Shown here piece after piece: positions 12,460 through 24,200 of a stretch of DNA of 64,000 nt; the first letter of the stretch is position 1, and every line of letters starts with the position of its first letter. Under the pieces are notes generated by a model. That model made no database searches and was not told the origin of the DNA. It saw only the letters and a list, made by a program, of their open reading frames with translations. Source of the stretch: Euglena gracilis (taxonomy: Eukaryota); the NCBI GenBank assembly GCA_039621445.1, contig CP154954.1:30818395-30882394 (forward strand), written 5' to 3'. Both the position numbers and the translations under genes were made by a program.

Positions 12460-12955
12460 GCCCTGGGGGCGGGAGAGGTCTGGCGTGGGGCCGGCGCTGC
12501 TGGGGCACAGCAGGGCCGGGTCCGCCCCCGTCAACTCTGCCACGGCGCGCGCGTAGCGGAAGAGGCAATTCTCAGCGAGGTAGCGGTGCCGCCACCAGGC
12601 TTCTTTTTAAGGCCCCAGGGGGGGGGGGTCCCCCCCACCCACCCCGGGGGGCGCGGGGCCCCCCCCCGGGGGGGGGGGGGGGGGCGGGACCCCCCCCAAA
12701 ATCGGGCCCGCTAAAGGCAATTTCCAAAAAATTTCGGCGCTTCGCGCCGAAAAGGTATACCCAGCGCCTCCGGCGCGGGACCCCCCCCCCCCAGGGGGGG
12801 GGTCCGGCCCGGACCCCCCCCCCCACCCCCCCCCCCCCCCCCCCCCGGGGGGGGGGGGGGGTCTGCTGACTTAAAAAGAAGCCTGGCCGCCACCGCCCCA
12901 CCGCCCACAGCTGCTGCAGCGCCGGGCGACCCGACACTGGCCGAAGGGGCCCCAG
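12460..12955 (-). CDS. Putative exon pair split by a MITE-intron (…ALQQLWAVGRWR|HRYLAENCLFRYARAVAELTGADPALLC…)
   Basis: GC3-rich open frame that becomes continuous after removing 12591-12888. Outer exon boundaries are approximate. Confidence 0.6.
12596..12885. mobile_element. hAT-type MITE (perfect 16-bp TIR, 8-bp TSD) that matches a nonconventional intron
   Basis: TIR CAGGCTTCTTTTTAAG / CTTAAAAAGAAGCCTG; TSD gccgccac at 12588-12595 and 12886-12893. Confidence 0.92.
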
Positions 12956-13053
12956 ATCACACCCGCCCTGCCCCCAGCCACCCACCAAAACCCACTTCCC
13001 CCCTCATCTGACAGGTTGCAAGTACTGGGGACCCCTGACAAGCTCTCAAATGT

Positions 13054-13113
<60 letters not shown>
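13054..13113. repeat. (CA)n microsatellite
   Basis: About 30 CA units. Confidence 0.95.
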
Positions 13114-13119
<6 letters not shown>

Positions 13120-14499
13120 TAATTGGGATTGGTGTTGGGCCACGCCTCAGGCGAAGGAGTCGCGGAGGCTTCACGACGTGCCATCCGGGGGCACAGGGCA
13201 CTTGAAAACGGAGAACAACCGCAAATACGGCGCGAAGACTGCCACATTCACACTTTGAAACGGGCCAAGCATGCAGCAAAAGTGGCCGGTACCAACCCTG
13301 GGAGCCTTCGGCGGCCCTTAAGGAAATCAAAAAAAAAAAAGGGTCAACTTCGGGATAAAAAGTGATTTCTGGCATCCTTGGACTGTCACCCATTCGCCCA
13401 AAACGTCAACAAAATGTGTTTTTTTTTGGCCTCTCCCATCCCGGCGGACCACCCTGCCCGGGAGAGGCTGGAACTGTTGGGCTGGGGGAGAATCGGTGTT
13501 GGATCCCTGCTGCAGATTGAGTCCCGAAGGACCTTGCAAGCGAACCAGGGGGTCTGACGGATCAAGAAGGCAATCCCCACCAAAAAAAGTTACGACAGGA
13601 AAACCTGATTGCAACACACCTTAGCGCTTGGGTGGTCCCTCTGTCTGTATGTGAAATATTCTCCCTGCTTTGGAGCTGGGCGGGACTCACGGGTGGATGG
13701 GAAGACCCTTGCGAAGCGCCGGCGGCTGGCTGCACATCCGTTCAAATCCATTCACTGGCTGGGACAACGCAAACACGCAGGTCCACACGCTTGAGTCTTC
13801 GCGTGCCACGCACATGCGGTCCGGCGTGTGCACACATGCACATGGGAGTGTGGCGTCAGCCACTGCCGGGCCGGGGAGATGGGTGGGGGGCCCGCGTCTG
13901 TCAGCCAGTCATCGGCGCAAACGAAGACGGAGGGCGCGTCGCCCGATGGCCGGATGGAGTTGACGACGGCTCGACAGCCCCTGGCTGTCGTGCAGGACGA
14001 CTCCCCCTCACGTCGACGTTCCCAAAAATGTGAATTCCGGCGCCGAGCCCGACAGTGTCAACTTTGGTGGGGAGGAGAGGGGACAGAGGTTGGCAGCCCC
14101 CGCGATGTGGAATGGGATGGAGGTCGGGATGCAGACAGGGGCCGCGCGGCGTGGGGGTCAAAAAGCCCGTTGGCGAGCACCACCACCCGCTGCAGCGGGG
14201 AGGACGTTGCCGTGGGGGCTCCGGCTGGGTTGGAGTGTAGGGGTGGCACTGCGATTCTGGAATGGCCCCGACCACAACCTTGGGAACTGGACACTGCTCC
14301 TCAACTTGCTCAAGGCGAAGGCCAGAGGATGCAGGACGGACTAAGCCAGTCCGTGAACGGCTTGCACAGATATCAAATTGTCAGCCCTCTGAAACACACA
14401 AAAAAAACTGGTTTCAAATGTCCTGCTGGCACCAACAAGGAAAAGCGAAAAGCGAAGGCGAACACAGACTGCACCGGAGATCCCGACCCCCAGGAACAG

Positions 14500-17400
14500 G
14501 GTGTTGGTCTTCGGCCCCTTCGCGGGGCCCCCAGCGCTGCCCGCGGGATGGCGAGGCGCTCCGCCTCCGGGATGCGGGCCAGGATGTGGCGGGCCTTCGT
14601 GGGGCTGGTGGACACCGCCTGGCCGATGCCGTGGTGGCCGAGCAGCGCCGCCCCGACGTCCCGCAGCTTCGTCAACACGGGGCCCGCCGTGGCCTGCACG
14701 TGCAGCACGGGGGCAGGCCAGCTCCGGGCCGGGTGGCAGGGCTGGGCCTTGCGGGGTCCTTGCCCGGGGGGGGGGGGGTGGAATTACACCAGAGTTGCTC
14801 ACCCGGCCAGGCGGAGCAACAAAAGAGTACTGGTGTAAGGGGTGCCTGGCCACTCACCACACAGCAATTTGGGCAGAAGCGAAGATAGCGCCGGCCATAA
14901 ACAGACAAGAAGTTTTAGTGCGACTGAGGGGGGAAGTTGGTGCGGCAGGGGCGCCACCTCGGCACGGGGTGTGGCAGGGCTCCCTCCTCCTCCTGGGTCG
15001 GTCTCCGCACTGCTGCTTCCCGCTGTGGGGATGCCTGGCATGGAAACGCCTGTCACGGATCCCCCCCCCCCGGCTGTATCGGTAATGGGTCCTGAGGCAC
15101 CACCACCTGGCGCGCAGGGTCCTGATGCGGGGGCCGTACGGCATATTGCTGGCCTGGGCGTAGGGGAAATGGGCCCACGCCGTGCGGATGGCGACGTTCT
15201 GGGCGATGGCCTCCTCTGGAGGGGGTTGGCGCAGAGACCAGCAGGCTCCGGTCCGGTCGCCCCCCCCCCCCAACTGCACTGCACCCGCCCAGAGGTTGTT
15301 TTTTTAAGACCCACACCCTGCCTCCGGTGGCATACCCACTCGGCCTGACTTCCGCTGTGGGTGGGCTCAGCCGGGCACCCACCCACCCCCCCGGGTCACA
15401 AAACATAAAAAAAAAATCACTGCGCCCACCCTGCTGTGCTGTCCAGAAGGGGGGGGGGGGCTCGACGGCCCCAACCCCGGCGGCAGTCTCCCGGCGGGCG
15501 GCGTTGGTGCCCTTCAGGCGGTCGTAGAGCTCCTTCGACTGCAGCGCCACCGTGTCGAGGTGGATGACGCACGAGTACCGGTTGCTGCCGGAGGCCGGCG
15601 GACGTTCTGCGGAGGACCACAGCGGAGTCACGTTCGGACAAATTTGTTTTTACCGACCCCCTTTTTACCGACCGAGGGGGGTCTCAAGCCAGTCAGTCAC
15701 CCTCCTGGGTTAGCCATTGACTAGGTGATTGTTTGGTCATGTTCAATTGGGAGGCGCACGTCCACCACAACCAATCCAAAAGGATACAATCGCTTGCATC
15801 ACCCGTGGGGCGTGCGAAAATTCCACTGAACGGTGTGCTCTCTCTCCCATCGACCCCCTCCTGGCAACAATGGTCCCGACCACTTCCCACCGGGGGGGGG
15901 GGGTCGGAGGGGGGGCACCCCCGGCCCCCGCCCTTTGCCAACGTCGTCCCACGTCATGTCGGCGGAGCGCAGCAGCGCCTCGTACTCCGCCTCGGAGATG
16001 AACGCGCGGGGGTCCAGCAGGCCGCGGTCGAACAGCACCACGACGGGCCGCCCGGTGGCGCGGGCGAACTGCTCCGCGTAGCGGATGAGGCTGTCCTCCG
16101 AGTGGGGGCACGGCGGCGGCGGGGGAGATGGACGGGTCCAGGAATTGGTCGGGGGAAACACATACATGGAACAAGCGCAAAAATGCACTGTCTTCACATC
16201 TTTTTGCTACAAATCGGGATAATGTATGATGTACATGATATGATGATATCGGGGACTTGCTGACATACGGAAATATGGACAGGGGTCCAGGCATACCATA
16301 TCATCACGCATCAACGAAGCCAGCCGCCACACCACCCTGGTTGCCGCAAAAAATGGAACATCTCTCGCTGCCACACCACTCTGCAGGAGGGCAGTCCTCC
16401 GCAACAGGAGCCTGACAAGAATCGGGCGGATGCAATGTGCCAGTGGCACCCTGTTGCCATGCTGAGGCAGAGGCGAAGGGAATCCACCTGGACTTGTGCA
16501 TTGGCGCCGAATGCCCATCCCCGCCCCAATCCCTGGGGTGGTGAGGCGTCCAGCAGAACCAGAACAAGCAAAGAAAAAAAAAACGGTGCAGGTGGGGAGG
16601 AATTGAGAAACACTCTGCTCTTGGTTGGGCGAGTCTATGCGAAGGGCTCCCCTCGACGCAGGGCCTCGTTGTTGGCGGGGAACTCAGTCCCCTGGCGAGA
16701 CCACGAGGTGGCCTTCTCGGTGCAATGGGCGGCCTCGCTGCCTGTGCGCCACGAGCCCACTGGTTGCTTGTGGGATCGAAAATGGACGTGTGCCGAATTG
16801 CCCGAAAACGAATGCCCAATGCAACTCAGCCTTGGTAAAGGGAGCGACACAAAGAGGCTGTTAAGGGCAGCGGGAACCAAACCACCCTGCATAAGGAAAA
16901 CCTCCCGCACGCTGAAGGAATTGAACCGAAAATATCAGCACCCCGAGAAACACCGGAAAGGTGGTGTGCGGGAGGGTGATCGGACCCCCCATACCCACCA
17001 GGGTAGGGATTTCGACCCCCCGCAATCCATATGGTCCACACAGCCTGGCCAGGGGGAGGATGGAAAAAGTATTCCTCGGAGCCGGGGTTATTTCTCAGTT
17101 TCGTTTCCAGGCTTCCAGTGTCATGTGAAGCTTCTCCTTCCAGAGGAGCTGACTGCGCGGGCGGCCCCACCCCGGAGGCAGCGGGGCGGCGGAACACGGC
17201 GTAGCCGTTCTCCTCCAACAGGGTCCGCAGGTACTGCAGGCTGGAGCTCTTGCCCGCTGCGGGCCCCCCGGTCGGGGGCGGCGGACCACATCGCCGGGAC
17301 ACACTGCCGGGGGGGGGGGGCACTCGCACGGTCGAGGAACCCTCTGGCCCGGGTTGACGCCGGGGCAGAGAGGCGTCATTGTTTCGCATGGATGGGTCCG

Positions 17401-17915
17401 CGTCAGGCACGCCTGGTCCGCATCTGTCGCGGACCCCGTTTGAAACGTCCGCCAACAGACACGAAGCAGGGAGGCAGCCACTGTCCCCAGACACAGCACC
17501 TGGGCACTGGCATGGAAGGGGTGTCTTCAGCGGCTGGGGTTGCTTACGCGCACGTGCATACAATTAGGGGTCTTTGAGGAAAGGTGTCCGTGTTGTGCAG
17601 GGGGGTGTTCAAACCTCATTGTGCCTCCACCCTCGATTTTGAAAACGCCCAGCTTTATGAAAATGGCACTGCAGTCAGTCGGTCTGATTTTGTGAGAAAA
17701 CGAGAAATGAGTATTCGCACACAAACACACCACACACACCATACACACGTCGAACTGCATGTACAAGTGGTTGTGTTGGGTATTATAACAAAAGACTGAA
17801 AGAGAATAAGCATCCTGAGATAAGATTGTGGCCCGCCGCTCAAAACCACCAAATGTAGCCGACCAGTGCAGCTGCTGTTTGATTCTGGCCGCTCCAGCAC
17901 GGTCACCAGGCTTGC
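14500..17915 (-). CDS. Multi-exon AAA_28 / TTD14-like P-loop NTPase domain
   Basis: Exons in order: LHLVVLSGG (~17832-17915), PAAGKSSSLQYLRTLLEENGYAVF (~17195-17263), TEKATSWSRQGTEFP (~16660-16725), QVDSLRLCLSM (~16457-16490), EDSLIRYAEQ…VLFDRGLLDPRAF (~15940-16098), NRYSCVIHLDTVA…NAARRETA (~15481-15590), EEAIAQNVAIRTAWAHFPY (~15155-15216), LHVQATAGPVLTKL (~14510-14710). The motif order matches the GGP-x-xGK / PExAT / DRGxxD / RYxxVxHL / AWxxHP family pattern. Confidence 0.75.
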
Positions 17916-18249
17916 ATGCTGACAAGGCCACTGGGCGGCTTGGGGGAAGGGGGCTCTCGTTTCGTTTGTCCTGTGTCCCAACCATGGAGGTATGGAGGTG
18001 AGGTCATGCCAATCTCCCCAAGAACCAACACCTCTAAGCAACAAAATTCTCTTTGAGGATCTGGCTTGGCTGGGAGGGGGCCACCCGACCCGACCTCAGG
18101 GGGATCAGGGGGACCAAATTATTTAAAGGGGCCTTTTTGGTTCCAACTGTTTTCAAAATTGATGAACAGAAAGACTGGAAATGAAACGACACGCCAAATA
18201 AGAATACCAATACCATCAGATAAACTCAATCGACAATATCGCGGAATTC

Positions 18250-21200
18250 CCACGTATGAAGCGGCAGTGATGCCGACACTTTTTGTTGACTTCGAAGCGG
18301 CGGATTCCTCGGCTGCCCTCTTCGCTTCGACCTCCCCTGCCGGAAGGGAGGCAGCTTCACCCAGCCCCCCCCCCCCCAAGGCGCCTTGCGGGCGGGAGAG
18401 CCCCGCGGTGCCGCGGGCCGCCCGGCCAGCGGCCGGCGCGGGGGCCAGGCATCGCCAGGGGCAGCGCAGGCCCATCAGGGCGCATGGGCCCCACCGCGTA
18501 GGGGGGCGGCAGGCACCGCGTCACGGGGCCATGGGGCTGGGGCTGGGCGCGAAAGCAACGTGTCCCCGTCTGCCGTCGGCCAACAGCAATGGAAGGGGGG
18601 CAAAAAAAACCAAACAAAAGTGTGCGAGAAGAAATTTTTTTCAACGAGCAACTGTGTGGGGCGACAGGCATTCATTGCATTTGACGCACTGTACTTTTGC
18701 TTGTCGGGTGGCGGCAAATTATTCAAAAATAATAACAAGATTTAATTATTCTGGAACTGAGCCTTTCCCCTGTGACGTTTTTGCAAGCATGCAACGTTGG
18801 AAAGCACCTCTGAAAAAAAAAATAACGAAAATCCCGTGTCTGAGGACCGGAAAAGATGGATAAGGACCAAGGGGGGGTTGCTTTGACAAAGGAAAAAACC
18901 TTACTCCAAAAAAATCCAGCGCTTCGCGGCGAAAAATATCTGGTTTCTGGGGCTCACTGTTGAACTTACTGGCACGTGGATGGAAAAAAAATCAACAATA
19001 TCTCACCAAATCAGACACCAGAAATTTCTGAAATATATAAATTTTCGAGGAATTTATCTTAAAAATGCAAACAAAATAATAAGCCTCCTGAGAAGATGAC
19101 CTTCAAATCAGGGTAAAGACCGGGGTGGTGGTGTTTTGACAAGGGTGGTGCTTATTTCCTTGCTTTAGACAAGAGGCAGGGGGGGGGGAAATGCGCCGGA
19201 CGGCCCACGGAAAAAATGCGCAAAAATGCGCAAAAAAATGCGCAAAAAATGCGCTGAGTTTGTGACATTCCTAAGGGAAAAAGGACTTGGAAAAATTTCC
19301 AACAATAAACCCAAAATTAAACCAAAATCACCAAAAAGAGCTGAAATGAAGGCATTTTGGCCAAAAAATGCATGACCAAGGTGTCACTCTCCGTTCACCA
19401 TAACCAACAATGTCAGCCATGGTGCCCCTTACTTGTGACCAGGGGAGTGGGAGTCCCGCCTTGGTTACGTGTCAATGTGGGGTCTCTGAAACCCCTAGTG
19501 TCCTCATCGTCATTGGATGAGTACCCACACCTCATCACCCAAGGGTTTTCTCTTGAGGCCGGTCCCTTGGGTGGAAAAAAAGTGCGAAAATGGGTTCGTT
19601 GGTTACAGAAATGGGCCAGTTGATCGTGGGCAAAATTCGGTGAGCATGTGATTTGGGTGGAAAATGTGCAAAAATGGCAAAATGTGCAAAATTGGGCAAA
19701 AAAATGCGCAAAAATGCGCAAAAATGGAAAATGTGCAAAATTGGGCAAAAAAAATGCCCAAAAAATGCCCCAAAAATGGAAAATGTGCAAAAATGGGGGG
19801 GGGGGAAATGTGCAAAAAATGCGCAAAAATGCGCATTTTTGAAAAATTGACAAAAATGCGCAAAAATGCGCAAAAATGCGGAAAAATGCGCAGCGCATTC
19901 CCCCCCCCCCTGCAAGAGGGAACACAAAAAAAATCGTGCTTGACGGCTTGAGCCCACCCCTACTTGCATGTCCTCTGCAAGCTGGAGTCCACCAAAATTG
20001 ACATATTGGCCTCCCCCAGGGATGTATGGGAAGCGAGGGGTCTGGACCCCCCACCCAAGATGGAGTTGGACCCCCCCTCCCACCTCAAAACTGAAGAGGG
20101 CCAGGAAAATTTTCGGTTTTGCGGACGGGCAAACGCCCGGAAACTAGACCGAAATTGTTGCTGAATTTTTCTTCAAAAATGAATACAAAAATGCTTTTTT
20201 GACACATTCTTTTTGTGGAAAACAACAGAAATCAAAAAATGTGCATGCAATATGCTCAAAAATGAGGAAAAAAAGACTTTTTTTTTAAAATCCACTTTCA
20301 TTGCGCGCTGGAAGAAAATCTTCGCTAATTTTTTTATTTTTGGAATCTGTCAAGAAGAGGGGGCACCCCCTCCCAGCATCTAGGGAGAGGGTGGTCTGGA
20401 CGTCCCCCCCCCCCCTACCACCTTACCCCTCCCAGAGGGGGGGGGGGTTGGGACAGGTTTTGTGTACTGCTGAGCTCTTTACGTGCCTGATGGTGCCATG
20501 CCGTAGCAGATGTCTGAGGCATGTAACTGCCAGGGCGGACCTTCGGCCCAACCTGGCAGCCCGGCCCAGCCCACCTCAATGTGGCAAACCGGAGGAAGCG
20601 GCCCATCCCAGCAATGGCGGCCCAGCGGCCCGGCGGCTCGGCCCAGCCCGTTTCCAAAACATCTCAGAAATGAAGCAAAATTAAAGGAAATGTCCTACGA
20701 CCTAAAATAAAGCCCTTGTTGGTCCTATCCAATGGTACTTTGATTTCCCCGCAACTCCAAGGTGAGCCCGAGTTCTGGCCATTTTGAAGCCGTTTGGCTC
20801 CACATCTGTACTGTTTTGGGTTCTACCCCCCCCCCTTTTCCCCAGTGGTAAACTTTGCTCTTGCTCTAAAAATGTAAAAGCTCAGTGAACCCCCCCAACC
20901 CCCACTAACACCAACCTCAAAACCGAAGTGCTTCCCATCTGTCTGAGTCCTCCCCTTATTGACCAGAGTTCATGGCACATTTTAAAAGAAAATTAACTTT
21001 ATTGGCAGCAAACAGGGATGATGGCCTCATTGGGCCGCACAATTTTGGAGCGGGAATTGATTTGCTGCCCATACTCCTGTGTCCTCATCGCAGTGCAGTC
21101 GCTGCAGCCCTCTCCCCAGACAATATGGCACCGTGGGACAAGAATTATATACAAAGTAAAATGACTTTTGCAACAAGAACCACCCATGAAAATGATTGCA

Positions 21201-24200
21201 ATATGGGGTGATTTTGGTCATTTTACCTGTTATTTGGCCAAATTTGAGTAGTTTTGCCACTACATCTCATCGCGTCTATGCCAATGACCACATCATCTGT
21301 CCAAAAAAAAAAGCTAAACGTAGCCGCAATACATCAAATGCCAGACCATTGTGCCAATGGCGCACACATTGATTCACGACGTCCGATGATTCACAGCGTC
21401 TGGAGCACTTCCTCCCCATGCATACATAAGAGAGCGGGCCACCTCGTGCTGCAGGTGTGCCACCCAGTCGAACGTTACCGGCAAAACTGGTCACGGTCCT
21501 CGCGGATGGTGTGAGTGTGTGGGCCAAGGATGACTATCCGATCCCCTTCCCGGACACGTAGCGCACCACGGCTGCATCGTCGTCGGGCGAGACGAAGATC
21601 AACCTTTCTGTGGCGCAGAGGAAGAGACACAATAGGATGCAAAGCCGTACGCCCCTCAGCTGAAATGAGTGACCCCACCCAATAGACTTCGGCTGCCCAA
21701 ATAATATCCCCCCCCCCACACTGCCGTGAAAGGGAAAAAGCACAAGGAGAAAAATAACAAACATCGATGAAATTTGGTCAGAAATTATAACAAAAATCTT
21801 TTCAAAAAATCATTGTTTTCAAAAATATGACTTGTGCAAAAATCACCGAAATTGCTTGTAGACCAATCTTTGACTTTTTGAAAATTTGCCCAGATGATAA
21901 GTTTTTTTTTTTAATTAACCCCCCCCCTTCAGCAGGTGTGTATGAAAAAGTCTCGTTGGGGGTTCAGACCCCCCACCCGGGAGGTGGGGAGTAACCCCCC
22001 ACCCATTACAGAACCACACAAGGAAAATATCCTTCGGCACCGAAAAAATAAAATTTTGTCCTAAAGATCGACGCCCCGGAAATACGGGAAGGCCTGGTGG
22101 GGGGGGAGCCTCCTGAGGGTGGGGTCCCACCCACCACCCATTTTGGGGTTTGGGGATTCCCATAAAGCCCTGTCCCCTGGACCCTGACTTTGGGTGTCCA
22201 AACAATTTACTGTACTGGGGGGCTTTGGACCATTGCACTGACTGGGACCCCAGAGCGGCGGACTTGTGGTTTTAACACCAGAACAATTCCATTTTTCTTT
22301 GAGCCGTGTGGTCTTTTGTGACTGGCTCAGACAGGGCCGAGAGCCATTTTTTTTTGCTGAACAACGTCGCGGCAATTTTGAGCAGCACAAAACACACGTT
22401 CCCCCCCCCTTTGTTTGTGTACCCTCTTCTGAAACATTGTGGAGGTCAGCCAGGGGGAGCCATGAAGAATTAAAACTGGTCAAAATTCAGTTATGGCTCA
22501 ATTGCAACGCACCCATGTCGCATATTCATGTTGCAAAAATGGGGCCAGAGGCGGCCAGAAAGTAGCAAACCCTTGTCGCACACCATATGGGACACCCAAC
22601 TGCAATGCATACAAAAATCTGTGCAACGAATCAGCACGGGTTGTTTCAACAATTGGGAATTAAAAATGGCTCCAAAAACTGGACGGTTTTGGGGGGGATG
22701 GAGGGATTTGGGCACTTCCGCCAGAATCAACAAAAAGTGGTATTGCGTCTCTTGAAAATCATCAATTCAAAAAATGGCAGACAAATTTGCATGGTTTCTT
22801 TGGCCAGGAAATAGTTGGGCATTTTTTGGCCGAACCAATTTTGTACTCGACGCCCACCCACCGTACCCCAGAGAGTGACCCAACTATTTTGCTTAATACA
22901 AAATGCACTTAAGGCGGTGCCCTTCTGGGATCTCCATGACTTTGGCCCTAAACCCAGCTGCTTTGGTTTCACTGGCTCCAACCCAAAGCTCAAATATAAA
23001 ACATCCATGCTCTTTTGTGATGGCATTGATAAGACGTTGCTTCAGCTTTTGTTACAGTTGCGTGCTTGCAGCTGCACACCGTTTCTACCTTCTCTTTCAA
23101 ATCTGGTTGTGTTGCAACCAACCATCCAGACCCGATTGCAACCAAAACAGGTTGGCGTTGTTGTCTGGTTCCCACTGTGGCCTGCTTTTGACGGGAGCAC
23201 GGGGCGTTTGGTGGGTTATGGTCCGTTTTTTTTGGGTTATGGCTTGGTGGGTTGGCCTGTGGTAGGTTTGCGACCACTTCCTTATATGAGAAATAGAACG
23301 GCCGCAAAAACACCAGTTCCCCCCCCCCCCCGAGAAAACTTAATTGCCTGAAAAGATCAACCCAACACGACACTTGCTAACCCCCCCCCAATATAAAGCC
23401 CCCCCCCCCAATGTAAAGCCCCCCGGGGGTTTGGTTTTGCCGCCCAAATATAAAGCCCCCCCCCCCCCAAATATAAAGCCCCCCCGGGGGGTTTGGTTTT
23501 GCCGCCCAAATATAAAGCCCCCCCCCTGACGCGGAGCCAGACGCTGGTGTCATTCAGGAAAAAGTGGAAAAATTTTGGGCAGATACACCATTTTTTTTTC
23601 ACCAAAAATGCTCCATTTTGGATTAAAAAAATGCACATTTTGTGAAAAATAGGAGGCAAACAGCGAAAATTTGGCAAAAATTGGTGTTTGGCCACAATTG
23701 ATGGCCGCTGAAAGTCATAGAGGCCACCCCAAAAAGTTTGATCCCCCCCCCAAATATAAAGCCCCCCCCCTGAGGGTGTTGAAATCCCGTCCGAATATAA
23801 AGCCGGGGGGGGGGGCTTTATATTTGGGGGGGTTTATCACGCAGCCTTTATGACTGCCTATTTTGCCTGCGGTGGGCACCCACCGAAGCCGCGCATGGCC
23901 CAGGCCATGATTGAAGGTGAGGCCGGGGGGCCAACCTTGGGGGGGGGAGCAAATTTGCAAGTCAAGAATTTTGGCGGCCATGTGCAAAAGGGCAAAGGCC
24001 AACTTCAGGGGGGCCAAGTTTGTGCTTAAGGAGGAGGGAGGCCAAGCGTCAGGGGGGGGCCAAGCGGTGCAAGTATGCCCCTCTGTCTGTCGGAATCCAC
24101 TTGACCCTCCCCCCCAAGAACGTCAGGGCCAACCCCCCGCCCCCTCAAGGGGAGGCGACAGCAAGAGGACAACGGCACACTTCGACAGGCGAGCCGGTCC

